Of a stretch of 64,000 nucleotides of DNA, positions 17,930-27,955 are shown in pieces; the stretch's first letter is position 1; the number at the start of each line of letters is the position of its first letter. The translations under genes and the position numbers were made by a program. Origin of the DNA: Nitrospirales bacterium (GTDB taxonomy: Bacteria > Nitrospirota > Nitrospiria > Nitrospirales > UBA8639); the NCBI GenBank assembly GCA_963422365.1, contig OY729426.1:1600001-1664000 (forward strand), written 5' to 3'. The notes beneath the pieces were generated by a model. It did no database searches, had not been told where the DNA came from, and worked only from the letters and a program-made list of their open reading frames with translations.

Positions 17930-18414
17930 CGTCGTTCTATCCTTGCATTGGCGATCAAGTCTCGCCCGCAATTTTTGCACTCACCCTTCGGCAATTGTAT
18001 GGGGGTCCCATATAGTTCTAGTTTATGGGTATGAATCGTAAAACCGTTATTTCTCGCGACTTCTTCTTGTAATGCTTCAATCTGGCAATTCTCGAATTCT
18101 ATGATTTTATCACACACCGTGCAGATGAGATGATCATGGTGCCCTTTGTGGGCCACATTATCGAACTGAGTCTGATTGCCGAAATGTTGCTCTTGCGCGA
18201 GGCCGGTCTCGCACAGAAGTTTAAGCGTGCGGTAGACCGTGGCAAGGCCGATATGGGGGTTCTTCTTGGAGAGCAGCCGATACATCTGTTCGGCCGTTAC
18301 GTGTTCCATCTTCAAAAAGGTCTTGAGAATGTTCTCACGTTGGCGGGTCAGCTTAAGGCTGTTTTTAGAAAGGTGTTGCTTGAGAATCTCGAGTTCTTTG
18401 ATGGGCTTTGCCAT
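17926..18414 (-). CDS. fur: Fur-family transcriptional repressor
   Basis: LTRQR, GLATVYRTL, HHDHLICTVC, C-terminal CKNC; heads the Fe(III) uptake operon. Confidence 0.92.
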   Translation of the reverse strand: MAKPIKELEILKQHLSKNSLKLTRQRENILKTFLKMEHVTAEQMYRLLSKKNPHIGLATVYRTLKLLCETGLAQEQHFGNQTQFDNVAHKGHHDHLICTVCDKIIEFENCQIEALQEEVARNNGFTIHTHKLELYGTPIQLPKGECKNCGRDLIANARIERR

Positions 18415-18445
18415 ACCAATAAATTCCCATGTGTATAGAAAAGCT

Positions 18446-18474
18446 ATTAAACCGAAATATGGTCGAAGGGTCAA
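18446..18474 (-). promoter_or_regulatory. sigma70 promoter of the fur operon
   Basis: TTGACC, 17 bp, TTTAAT, 32 bp upstream of the fur ATG. Confidence 0.5.
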
Positions 18475-18583
18475 GCCAGCAGTGAACGTCATTGAGAGTG
18501 ATGACAGTTTTTTTTAGCAAGAGACTCTCTTGCCCGGACCGTATTTGCAGCCATGCGTATCTCTCGCTACCTTAAAAGCTGTC

Positions 18584-19491
18584 ATGGCGTATCCTTATCG
18601 CTACCAGGCTGCCGACTACAACCGAGCCTTTGCCATCGGGGTGTCACTCAATCTTGTCTTTGTCTTTATTGAAGCGGGGTGTGGCATCGTGACGAACTCA
18701 CTGGTGCTGGTGGCCGATGCCGGACACAACCTGAGCGATGTCTTGAGCCTCCTCCTGGCCTGGGGAGCTCGTGTCTTGGCCCGCCCGTAAACCCACACCG
18801 AGGCGGAGCTATGGTTTTCGGCGGGTGACGATTTTCGCCTCACTGCTGAGTGCCATCCTGTTGCTGATGACACTTGGTGCTGTCGCCTGGGAGGCGATTG
18901 GACGGCTGGACGCGCCTCTGCCGGTCAGTGGCGTCACGATCCTTATGGTTGCCGGTATCGGCGTGGTGATTAACGTGTGGACCGCGTTCCTCTTTCTGTC
19001 AGGTCGCAAGCACGACCTCAATATTCGGGGGGGGGGCGCATTTGCATATGGTGGCTGACGCAGGAGTCTCGCTTGGGGTGATGATCGCGGGTCTCGCCAT
19101 CATGGCCACGGGCTGGTTGTGGCTGGATCCTGCGATTAGTCTGCTCATGAGCGCGCTTATTCTTGTGGGTACCTGGGATTTGTTACGCGACTCGGTTAAC
19201 CTCGCCCTTGATTCAGTGCCGGATAATATTGATCCGAGGGCAGTCGAATCCTATCTGATTGGACTGCCGGATGTGCTCAGAGTCCACGATTTGCATATCT
19301 GGGCAATGAGCACGACGGAAGTTGCCATGACCGTTCATCTGGTCGTCCCTCATATCTCCACCGATAATAGGTTTCTGCGGCACATCTCGCATACTTTGCA
19401 TGATCGATTTGGCATTGCCCATTCTACTCTGCAAATCGAACGGGGCGAAGAAGAGGAATTTTGCAAACAGGCGCATCCCGAGAATGTTTGA
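18584..19491 (+). pseudogene. czcD: Cation diffusion facilitator (CzcD/ZitB-like), two frameshifts
   Basis: ADAGHNLSD, YGFRR, LN.RG..HMVAD and HDLHIW motifs are split over 3 frames; breaks near 18780 and at G10 (19027-19036). Confidence 0.85.
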
Positions 19492-19564
19492 GAAAGTAGG
19501 AGTCTTCGCGTTGACGATTTCTCTTGTGGCTCGTTAGGATCACCCCCATCCCGAGTCACTCATT

Positions 19565-20134
19565 ATGCGAAAACCTCAGGAAATCACTATTGATCGGACA
19601 TTGCTGGTCTATGGGCTGCACTTGGCCCAGGACAAAGAATGTTCCATGGTCAGCGATGTCAAGGTGCAACAGCTGGTCTTTTTGGCTGAGTTGCAAATGC
19701 TTGGAAAAGGGGTACGCGGATTGCATTATGAATTTATGCGGTTCCCCTATGGGGCATTCAGTAAAGACCTCGATAATGATTTGCTGGCACTGCGTAAAAA
19801 AGAACGGTTGCAGAATTTTGATGTCGTTGGGTCGGCGGAAGAGTGTATCCCTTTATTAGATGAAGAGATGGCTTCAGGAAGCGAGGCGAACGAACAAATT
19901 ATGGAAATCCTGCAAGACGTCGTGGAGACCTATGGGCCTCAAGAGGTGGGGGAGATCACGAAATCCGTGGAAGACCTTGAAATCAGCGTGATCGATCGAC
20001 CCGAAGAAAAATTGTGTGTTCGGGACATTCCGTTTCATTCTATCGTGCTAGTCCCCTCCCGCATCGATGTCACCGGAGAATTTTCTGTTTCTCCCAAAAC
20101 CTTGTCTCTCCTGAATAGGGCGCTTGGCTCATAG
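19565..20134 (+). CDS. Hypothetical protein, Panacea/SocA (DUF4065)-like
   Basis: VKVQQLVFLAE...YEFMRFPYGAFSKDL resembles the KLQKLxF...F..Y.YGP motif. Confidence 0.55.
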   Translation: MRKPQEITIDRTLLVYGLHLAQDKECSMVSDVKVQQLVFLAELQMLGKGVRGLHYEFMRFPYGAFSKDLDNDLLALRKKERLQNFDVVGSAEECIPLLDEEMASGSEANEQIMEILQDVVETYGPQEVGEITKSVEDLEISVIDRPEEKLCVRDIPFHSIVLVPSRIDVTGEFSVSPKTLSLLNRALGS

Positions 20135-20139
20135 CAGGC

Positions 20140-20474
20140 TCTCGTCATTCCTGTATGTGTTCAGTTCTCCGATTAAAAACGTCGGGGACAGGCATTCGTT
20201 GACAGAATAAGGGATTGACCGCCGTCTCTTTCTGTTGTAGCAGCGACATCCCCTGATCAAGTCGAGGGCAGGCTCATGGTGCGTTCTTCTTGGCCGCATA
20301 AGATGCGCGGCCCTACATGGACTGGATTCCCGATGACAACTGTCGAGAATGCTAGAGGGGGGAGAGAGCCTGTCCACGACTGGATCCCCTCCCGGGTCAA
20401 GGCCAGGGACATGGCTAAATTTGTCCGCGGCATTTGTTATTGGGGAAACTGCGGGGGAAGGGACGGGAATGACC
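20140..20474. repeat. Dense cluster of degenerate and nested REP-like palindromes
   Basis: Several GTCATTCC/GGATTCCC units; the 33-nt segment at 20421-20453 matches 2510-2542 with 2 mismatches. Confidence 0.55.
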
Positions 20475-20560
20475 GGAGGGAATAATAAAAGCGGAGCTGG
20501 GCCATGTTGACCCAACTCCGCAGGCTCCCAGCACCGCATGCTCGATAAACAATCCGCCAG

Positions 20561-20881
20561 TTACTGTGATGTAGGTACTGAGACAGAGTTCCCAATCATG
20601 AGGCGTTCCTTCATCTTTGCGTACGTTTTCTTGCCAATGCCCTTGACCTTCACTAATTCCTCCACGCTCTTGAACGGACCATTGGTGGTTCGGTATTCAA
20701 CAATCCGCTTAGCCAACCCTTTACCGATTCCCGGCAGTTGTTGAAGCTGTTTGGTAGTGGTGGCGTTCAGATCTATCTTGACCTCGCTCGCGAAGGCCAT
20801 TCCGGAAAAGCTGACGATGAGCATGAGCGCAAGCATGTTGAGTGTGAAGTAGGACCGACTCAGTTGGTGAATGTGTCTCAT
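20561..20881 (-). CDS. comEA: ComEA-family helix-hairpin-helix DNA-binding protein (exported)
   Basis: AGGAGG RBS; signal peptide; IDLNAT...LPGIGKGLAKRIVEYR...GPFKSVEELVKVKGIG. Confidence 0.9.
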   Translation of the reverse strand: MRHIHQLSRSYFTLNMLALMLIVSFSGMAFASEVKIDLNATTTKQLQQLPGIGKGLAKRIVEYRTTNGPFKSVEELVKVKGIGKKTYAKMKERLMIGNSVSVPTSQ

Positions 20882-20939
20882 GGTTATTCCTCCTTTGAAA
20901 GGCGTGAACGGAAAAAGTAGCGCCAATGATTGGTCTATA

Positions 20940-20956
20940 AGCAAAGAGCATGCCGA
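20940..20956 (-). promoter_or_regulatory. sigma54 (-24/-12) promoter candidate for comEA
   Basis: TCGGCATGCTCTTTGCT, exact GG-N10-GC spacing. Confidence 0.5.
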
Positions 20957-21163
20957 AAAAACGAGAAAACGAGTTATTCGGAAAAGCATTTGATTGATAA
21001 GGGGTTTTTGTTCATTCCATTCTGGCTGGTCCGGCAGGCGTGGTTCTGAGAAACACAACGAATTGTCTACCTTGATAGACAGTTTTGTATCTTGACAGTC
21101 AGGCGAGGGAAGTTTTTGTGGATGAGGCCGGCGAACCGAGTTCAGAACAAGATGCCATAGTGG

Positions 21164-22708
21164 TCATCGAGTGATGGTGAAGCCGTAAATTTCCCCGATT
21201 TTGGTCCGGAGGTATACTAAGAACGGCTCCACGCTTAGCGAATGTCCGGTGATTCGGTGAAGGAGGTCGGTGGATGAATACTGCCGTCCACATTGATGGA
21301 TGTGGTGGTTCAGCCAGGCTTTGAGTGAAAGCAGATGGCCTTGTTGGATTTCGGTTTCCAGTGCAGGGATGTCTTGACAAGCCTGCTGAAAAAACATCGC
21401 GGCATAGAGGTTGCCCAGGGTATACGTGGGGAAGTAGCCCAATGCTCCAAGGGACCAATGAACGTCTTGCAGCACACCCTCGGCATCGCGTTTGGGGACA
21501 ATCCCAAGATATTCCTGCATCTTCTCCCGCCACAGATCAGGCAGGTCTTCGACCTTGACCCGTTGTTCAATCAAGGCTAACTCTATTTCAAAACGCACCA
21601 TAATGTGTAGATTGTAAGTAACTTCGTCCGCCTCCACCCGAATCAGAGATGGTTTCACCGCATTCAAGGCGGCATAGAAGGTGTCCAAGGACACCGCCCC
21701 GAGTTGTGACGGAAAGTGTTGTTGCAGCAGTGGGAAAAAATGTGTCCAGAAGGCTCTGGACCGCCCCACGCTGTTCTCCCATAACCGTGATTGGCTTTCA
21801 TGTATGCCGAGAGAAAGTGCTTCACCCAAGGGGGTACCATACTGCTCTTGGGGCAGGCCTTGAGCATAGAGACCGTGTCCGCCCTCATGGAGGCAACTCA
21901 ACAGGCAGGAGGAGAGATCCTTGTCAAAGACGCGCGTTGTCACGCGTACATCAGTGGGGTGAAAAGACGTGGTAAAGGGGTGGGCGGAGAGATCCAAACG
22001 TCCTCGGTTGAAGTCATACCCCATACCGTGGAGCACCAGGTTCCCAAACGCGACTTGCTGTGTTTTATCGTAGGCTTGAAACAAGATCCGATCATCCGGC
22101 GGCGAAGAGGATTCTTGGACGTGTTTCAAAAGCACAATTAATCCGTCACGAAGAGTGGCAAAGAGGGGCTGTAGCTGGGCCACGGTGGCTCCAGGCTCGT
22201 AGGTGTCCAATAAGGTATCGTAGGGGGAATCCTCGTAGCCTCTGGAGTCAATCTCTTCAAATTTCAAGGCGATGATCGTCCGAAGGTTGGGGAGAAAGTG
22301 CATGAAGTCGTTGCGTCGGCGTGCCTCGGCCCACACTTGCTGGGCCAGGGAACATTCGCGCTCCAGGCGATTCACAAAATCTGAGGAGAGCTTTTTGGCT
22401 CTGCTGAAGTCACGCCAGGTTTCCCGAAGCAGGGCCTTGGATGCGTCATCGAATCCAGCGGCGTCGGTGTTGGCGAAACCAGTTGTTGGATCAATATGGT
22501 GCAATAAGAGGTCTCCAATTTCGGGGGCCACAAACTTGGCGTGGGCCAGGGTCTGAAGCGTGGCAAGTTGCTCGGCACGGGTTTGACCTCCGCCGGCCGG
22601 CATGTAGGTTTCTTGATCCCAAGACAGCAGGGCTGCGGCATCCTTGAGGTGTTGTATTTCTAAGAGTTTAGACTTTAAGGTCATCAGTGCTTGCGTGGGG
22701 TTGGGCAT
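21164..22708 (-). CDS. Carboxypeptidase Taq, peptidase M32
   Basis: HPF, DVRVT, HEGGH, HESQ, IRVEADE, QDVHW, GYFPTY motifs. Confidence 0.95.
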   Translation of the reverse strand: MPNPTQALMTLKSKLLEIQHLKDAAALLSWDQETYMPAGGGQTRAEQLATLQTLAHAKFVAPEIGDLLLHHIDPTTGFANTDAAGFDDASKALLRETWRDFSRAKKLSSDFVNRLERECSLAQQVWAEARRRNDFMHFLPNLRTIIALKFEEIDSRGYEDSPYDTLLDTYEPGATVAQLQPLFATLRDGLIVLLKHVQESSSPPDDRILFQAYDKTQQVAFGNLVLHGMGYDFNRGRLDLSAHPFTTSFHPTDVRVTTRVFDKDLSSCLLSCLHEGGHGLYAQGLPQEQYGTPLGEALSLGIHESQSRLWENSVGRSRAFWTHFFPLLQQHFPSQLGAVSLDTFYAALNAVKPSLIRVEADEVTYNLHIMVRFEIELALIEQRVKVEDLPDLWREKMQEYLGIVPKRDAEGVLQDVHWSLGALGYFPTYTLGNLYAAMFFQQACQDIPALETEIQQGHLLSLKAWLNHHIHQCGRQYSSTDLLHRITGHSLSVEPFLVYLRTKIGEIYGFTITR

Positions 22709-22893
22709 AAGACGTGACTCTCGTTATTCAACGCTGGATCATCTCCAATAATGTTTCCGATAGGTGATGGAGAAGGGGACTGTACAAAGCGCCACGTTTG
22801 AATGCAAGGTGGCGTGTGAAAATGCAGGGTCCTGGGGAACACCTGATTCGTCTCTATCCCTTCATGACAGAAAACCAGAGAAAGGAGCAGTAT

Positions 22894-23234
22894 ATGAAAG
22901 ATTTCATTGCGCCTGATATTGAAGCCTATGCGGAGGAACATTCGATGCCGGAATCGGATGTCTGTCGTCGGCTCAGGGAGGAACCCTATCATTCCGTCGA
23001 GCTTCCCGTACATGGTGGTTGGCCAGCTAGAAGGTATCTCCCAAAGGCGTCATGCTCATTGATAATGTGCTCTGGAGTGGGGAGGGGCTCAAGCACCCGG
23101 TACCGGATGGTGTCACTGCGGCGCTTCAAGACTTGAATCGGATCGTAGTTGCCGATCCCCGTGTGACGTCGGTGTTCGTGACCATCAGAGATGGCGTATT
23201 GGTCGTCCGATTCAGCAACGAAAGCCTGCAATAA
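22894..23234 (+). pseudogene. O-methyltransferase (caffeoyl-CoA OMT-like) remnant with internal deletion
   Basis: RBS plus N-terminus (IEAYAEEHS...LREE) and C-terminus (IDNVLWSG...DPRV...IRDG) in different frames; SAM-binding core absent. Confidence 0.75.
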
Positions 23235-23287
23235 GCTACGATGGACAACCTCTCTGCCATTTGTCTATGTACCTGCCCTCAAGGGTT

Positions 23288-23603
23288 TTTCCCACACTAG
23301 ATTTTGTGGTGTCTATCACGTAGCCACCATGCCCAAAAAACAGGCAAATTGGTGAAATGCCTTCTGTCCTTTCCTTTTTTTTGGTAGTACAAAACTAATC
23401 CACAATGTTGTCCCCATTTTTTGTTGATGAATCATTGCACTCTTCATGTTTCAAATAAAAACAATGAGTTATGATGCTTGTTTTACGTAATCCACAATAA
23501 GTACCTGTGAATAGATGGTGGATGACTGCACAGGTTGGTGAATAACCTGCAGCGTAAGGCGAGAAGATTTTTTTTGATGACGATAGAGGCTGATTGTGGG
23601 TAG
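23288..23603. promoter_or_regulatory. AT-rich cluster of DnaA-box-like 9-mers
   Basis: TAATCCACA at 23396 and 23488, TTTCCCACA 23288, TGTGAATAG 23506, GGTGGATGA 23517, GGTGAATAA 23537, TGTGGGTAG 23595. Confidence 0.4.
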
Positions 23604-23944
23604 AGTGACCAGGTAAAAAGAGAAAAATGATCCTGATCAACTCCAGCCAAGGCTAGGAGAATTGTGAGTATGAAACAATTGATTCACCAAGAGGGATCAC
23701 AAAGTGGAATGCAGTCTGGTCTACGTGAATCCCTATTCTGGTCGGGATAACGGTCCTTCAACTGCTCCGGAGACGTACGTATGACATCCTGTTTGAGAAC
23801 CCGTTCGAATTCTTGGAGGGATCTCGTTTCCCTTAAGAGAGCGGTTTCGATTCAGCAGACTGCTAGTCGATACGGAGTACAGGCAAATGACACTCACCCG
23901 AGAGGGCGGGGTTCACAATGAATGGTGCGGGCCATGGGAACCGG

Positions 23945-24520
23945 CTAGCGAATCGCTCGGCGTCGAAAGCAATGGGTCGTATGATCGTTGACCATGCCAG
24001 TAGCTTGCATGAACGCGTAGCAAATAATCGAGCCGACGAATTTGAACCCCCGACGTTTCAGGTCCTGACTCATGGCATCGGAAATCGGTGTGTGACAGGG
24101 AACGTCTTTCGGAGATTTCCAGCGATTGCGAATCGGTCGGCCTTTGACGAATTGCCAGATATACTCATCAAAGCTTCCGACTTCCTTTTGGACGCGAAGA
24201 AAGGCGTGTGCATTTGAAATGGCCGCGTGAATTTTGAGTCGATTCCGAATAATGCCGGGATTGCTTGCCAGGTGGTGCACTTTTCGTGCGTCGTACCCGG
24301 CGATTGAAGCGGCGTCAAAGTGATCAAAGGCTGTTCGGAACGCTTCGCGTTTTTGCAAAATCGTGTTCCACCTTAACCCTGCTTGCGCGCCCTCAAGTAT
24401 GAGAAATTCAAATAACTGCTGATCGTCGTGCAAGGGGACGCCCCATTCATGATCATGGTACTGAATCAGGAGCGTATTGGTCGCCCAGGAACATCGTGTG
24501 GGTGAGGGGTGGTTCATCAC
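23945..24520 (-). CDS. tag: DNA-3-methyladenine glycosylase I
   Basis: RCSW, YHDHEWG, LEGAQAGL, IIRNRLKI, GMVNDH...C. Confidence 0.95.
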   Translation of the reverse strand: MMNHPSPTRCSWATNTLLIQYHDHEWGVPLHDDQQLFEFLILEGAQAGLRWNTILQKREAFRTAFDHFDAASIAGYDARKVHHLASNPGIIRNRLKIHAAISNAHAFLRVQKEVGSFDEYIWQFVKGRPIRNRWKSPKDVPCHTPISDAMSQDLKRRGFKFVGSIICYAFMQATGMVNDHTTHCFRRRAIR

Positions 24521-24539
24521 AGGCGTTTTCGGTATCCGT

Positions 24540-25730
24540 TTAGTCCCGGTCTTGGTTATGGATCTCGATGATCACAGGGCAATGATCGGATAATTGTCGA
24601 TAGGCAAGCGGGTAGTTTCCCTTGATTCGCCGGCATCCCGTCACGGCACAATAGCCGGTGACGCGCGCTGACCGAGTGCGCACTTCGGCCATGTCCTTTG
24701 CCACCAACACGTGATCCAACCAACCGCCCCGACCGCGAAAATAATGCGAGCATTGAGGCTTCAAGGAAAGATCATCAAATCCAGGCGTTTCTTTCGCCAC
24801 CATTCGTCTGAGGTATTTCAATTCAGATCTTCGTGAATGATGATCGCCGGCACCCATGGTATTCAAATCGCCTAGGATGATCACGTCTTGATCTTCTTGG
24901 AGAAAGCGCGCAACCGTGGTGTCGATACGGTTGAGTGCCCTGTGTCGATCTTCGACCGCAAAGACCGTAGGGCCTGACTTGAGGTGAAGGCCAACCAAAT
25001 GAAAGTCCACACCCTGTCGGTGTGTTGATTGAACACGCGCGTAGTGGCCGGGACGGAGTCCGCCCTCGCATGGGTTTTGCGCGGACAGGGCTCTGCGATT
25101 AAAGGGCCAGAGGCTCTGAATGTCAGAGAGCCTCACCCGACTCGCATTCCACAATATCCCCACGTGATGGCCATCAGGCTTTCCGCATTGTTGAACCGAC
25201 CATTGCCAACCATCTCCCGTTTGTTGTTCGAGTGCTCTCAAAACCCGATTCCACGAGTTCTGAGCCTTGATGGTTGTTAAGCTTTCTTGAACGACCAGGA
25301 TATCCGGTTGCATCCACACAAGGGTGCATGTCAACCATCCTAAATCAGTTGGCGCGGCAGAACGATCCGGTCGGGCAGGTGGGCTGCCGTAGGGGAACCA
25401 TCGGATATTCCACGTCCCAAGCCGAAGTGCATCGGGAGCGGGAACGGCCAGACGACCGCCGTTCTCGACAACGTATTCGCAGTGCGTTGGAGATTTCCAA
25501 ACCAACGCTTCTTCTTGCGAAGAACTTTGATGGAAAGCAGGGGGGTGTGCCTCTTCATGCGCACCCGGTCCTTGATCGGTTACGAAGGGGATGTCCTGTT
25601 GCACGGATTTTTCGGCACCGTCCGCAAAGGCATCGGCCACGGATACAAAAAAGACATTGTTGACCCCAAACATTGAGACGACAATGAGGCTGAAAACCAA
25701 AGAGCAACGCTGCATCACGATCTCCCACAT
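24540..25730 (-). CDS. Exported endonuclease/exonuclease/phosphatase (EEP) family protein
   Basis: Signal peptide; TWNI, QE, HLKS, GDLN, LDH, SDHCP. Confidence 0.85.
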   Translation of the reverse strand: MWEIVMQRCSLVFSLIVVSMFGVNNVFFVSVADAFADGAEKSVQQDIPFVTDQGPGAHEEAHPPAFHQSSSQEEALVWKSPTHCEYVVENGGRLAVPAPDALRLGTWNIRWFPYGSPPARPDRSAAPTDLGWLTCTLVWMQPDILVVQESLTTIKAQNSWNRVLRALEQQTGDGWQWSVQQCGKPDGHHVGILWNASRVRLSDIQSLWPFNRRALSAQNPCEGGLRPGHYARVQSTHRQGVDFHLVGLHLKSGPTVFAVEDRHRALNRIDTTVARFLQEDQDVIILGDLNTMGAGDHHSRRSELKYLRRMVAKETPGFDDLSLKPQCSHYFRGRGGWLDHVLVAKDMAEVRTRSARVTGYCAVTGCRRIKGNYPLAYRQLSDHCPVIIEIHNQDRD

Positions 25731-25921
25731 AAACCACTCATTTGCCCATACATACTAAACCGTGGTCAAGCAAGCATGCCCTGGGCCACGACCCGGGGGC
25801 GTGCAGACCGGTAGTCTCGTCTCAGCCATTGGTTGTTGAGGCGTGGACCGACGCGTTATGCTTTTTGAATAATCGGGTGCCGTGTGGTCAAAAACGTGAA
25901 GAGTGCTGATTGAGGTGAAAG

Positions 25922-27604
25922 ATGGCGCAGACAAACATCAATAGTGCAATTGCCAACAAGGCGGTCCTCCGACCAATTGAGCATGTGGCGAAGGAAAAAT
26001 TAGGGCTTGATCGAGAGGACTTGGACCTCTATGGAAAATATAAAGCCAAAATTCCGTTGTCAGTGCTCAACGCTTTGCATGAAAAACCCGACGGGAAATT
26101 AATATTGATGACGGCCATGACGCCCACCACGGCCGGAGAAGGCAAAACCACGACGTCCGTCGGCTTAACCGACGGTTTGGCGAAGATCGGGAAAAAAGTG
26201 ATGGTGGCCTTGCGGGAACCGAGTTTGGGGCCGTGTTTTGGCATGAAAGGCGGCGCATGCGGAGGCGGGTACGCCCAAGTCGTGCCGATGACCGATATCA
26301 ATCTCCACTTTACGGGAGATTTCCACGCCATTACCTCAGCGCATAATCTGCTCTCGGCGATGGTGGATAACCATGTGTATTGGAGGCATGAACCTCTTTT
26401 GGATGCGAGGTACATTACCTGGCGGCGGACCATGGATATGAACGACCGGTCGTTACGCCAAATCGTCACGGGGTTGGGCGCTGCCGCGAATGGCTTTGCC
26501 AGGGAAGGGCATTTCGACATCACGGCGGCCTCTGAGGTCATGGCGGTGTTGTGTCTGGCAACGGATTTACACGATTTGCGACGACGGTTGGGGAACATCA
26601 AAGTCGGACAAATTCCGCACAAAGAATTTGTCTTTGCCAACGATATAAAAGCACCGGGTGCCATGACCGCGTTGTTGAAAGATGCGTTCAATCCCAATTT
26701 GGTTCAGACCTTGGAACGGAATCCCGCCTTTGTGCATGGTGGACCATTTGGCAATATTGCGCATGGGTGTAATTCGGTCGTTGCCACGAAGGCGGCGTTG
26801 AAATTGGCGGAGTACGTCGTGACCGAAGCAGGGTTTGGTGCCGACCTGGGTGGGGAGAAATTTTTTAACATCAAATGTCGGCAGGCAGGGTTAACGCCGG
26901 ACTGTGCCGTGGTGGTGGCAACAGTCAAAGCTTTAAAACTGCATGGAGGAGTCAATCCCCAAGAGCTGACAACGGAAAATCTTGAGGCACTCAAACACGG
27001 CCTGCCGAATTTAGTGCGGCACCTGGACAATATAAAAAAATTCGGCGTGCCCGTGGTCGTGGCCATTAATCGATTCACGAGCGATACCAAGGCCGAATTG
27101 GACCTGGTGCATGAAATCTGTGCCGGTTGTGGAGTGAACGTGGCCTTGGCGAATCATTGGGCCCAAGGAGGGGAGGGAGGCATCGCGTTAGCGGAATTGG
27201 TGGTGAAGACGATCCAAGACGAGCCTGCCGACTTTCATCCCCTCTATGTTGACGACCTGCCGCTTGCTGAAAAAGTCCGGATCGTGTCGCAAGAGATTTA
27301 TGGTGCGGATGATGCGGAGATTCCTTCAGCCGTACTCAAACGATTTGAGGAATTGGAAACCCGGGGCTATGGCCGCTTTCCTGTCTGCATGGCCAAGACC
27401 CAATACAGTTTTTCGACCGATCCTGCCAAGAAGGGTGCGCCCACCGGATTTACCATTCCCATTCGAGAAACACGCTTGGCATTGGGCGCCGAATTTCTCG
27501 TCGTGTTGACCGGCGATATTATGACGATGCCCGGGCTGCCGCGTGTGCCGGCTGCTGAAGCCGTGGGGGTCGGGGCAGAGGGGGAGATCGTCGGACTGTT
27601 TTGA
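25922..27604 (+). CDS. fhs: Formate--tetrahydrofolate ligase
   Basis: [40 protein letters not shown]. Confidence 0.97.
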   Translation: MAQTNINSAIANKAVLRPIEHVAKEKLGLDREDLDLYGKYKAKIPLSVLNALHEKPDGKLILMTAMTPTTAGEGKTTTSVGLTDGLAKIGKKVMVALREPSLGPCFGMKGGACGGGYAQVVPMTDINLHFTGDFHAITSAHNLLSAMVDNHVYWRHEPLLDARYITWRRTMDMNDRSLRQIVTGLGAAANGFAREGHFDITAASEVMAVLCLATDLHDLRRRLGNIKVGQIPHKEFVFANDIKAPGAMTALLKDAFNPNLVQTLERNPAFVHGGPFGNIAHGCNSVVATKAALKLAEYVVTEAGFGADLGGEKFFNIKCRQAGLTPDCAVVVATVKALKLHGGVNPQELTTENLEALKHGLPNLVRHLDNIKKFGVPVVVAINRFTSDTKAELDLVHEICAGCGVNVALANHWAQGGEGGIALAELVVKTIQDEPADFHPLYVDDLPLAEKVRIVSQEIYGADDAEIPSAVLKRFEELETRGYGRFPVCMAKTQYSFSTDPAKKGAPTGFTIPIRETRLALGAEFLVVLTGDIMTMPGLPRVPAAEAVGVGAEGEIVGLF

Positions 27605-27955
27605 TTGTGGCCGTCGCGTGGGAGAGACAAACTCATTCGCATAGTGGTTCACAGACTAGCCTCAACGATCAAGGAAGCATCTTTGACCAAGTGTTGAGCT
27701 TGTTTTGCCCTTATCAAATACTTAAGATAACCAGAGACTTGCCTCAGCCCTTTGATTAATTCACGAAGGTTTACGTATGGCCGATTTTTTCTTCAGTGTG
27801 TTCATTGTCGTCCGGTGGCACATATCTGGATTTATTGCCATAGCCCTAGTAAAGCGACCGGAGCAAGGAAACCCCATTATTTAAGGATATCGTGCTTCCT
27901 TATTCCCGCCTTCTTTAGCGTGCCTATTCGGCCCATTTAGGTTGTGCGGACATCT

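Noticed and set aside
23288..23603. Chromosomal oriC
   Set aside because: No dnaA, dnaN or gyrB nearby, no perfect boxes, no evident skew switch; kept only as a DnaA-box-like cluster.
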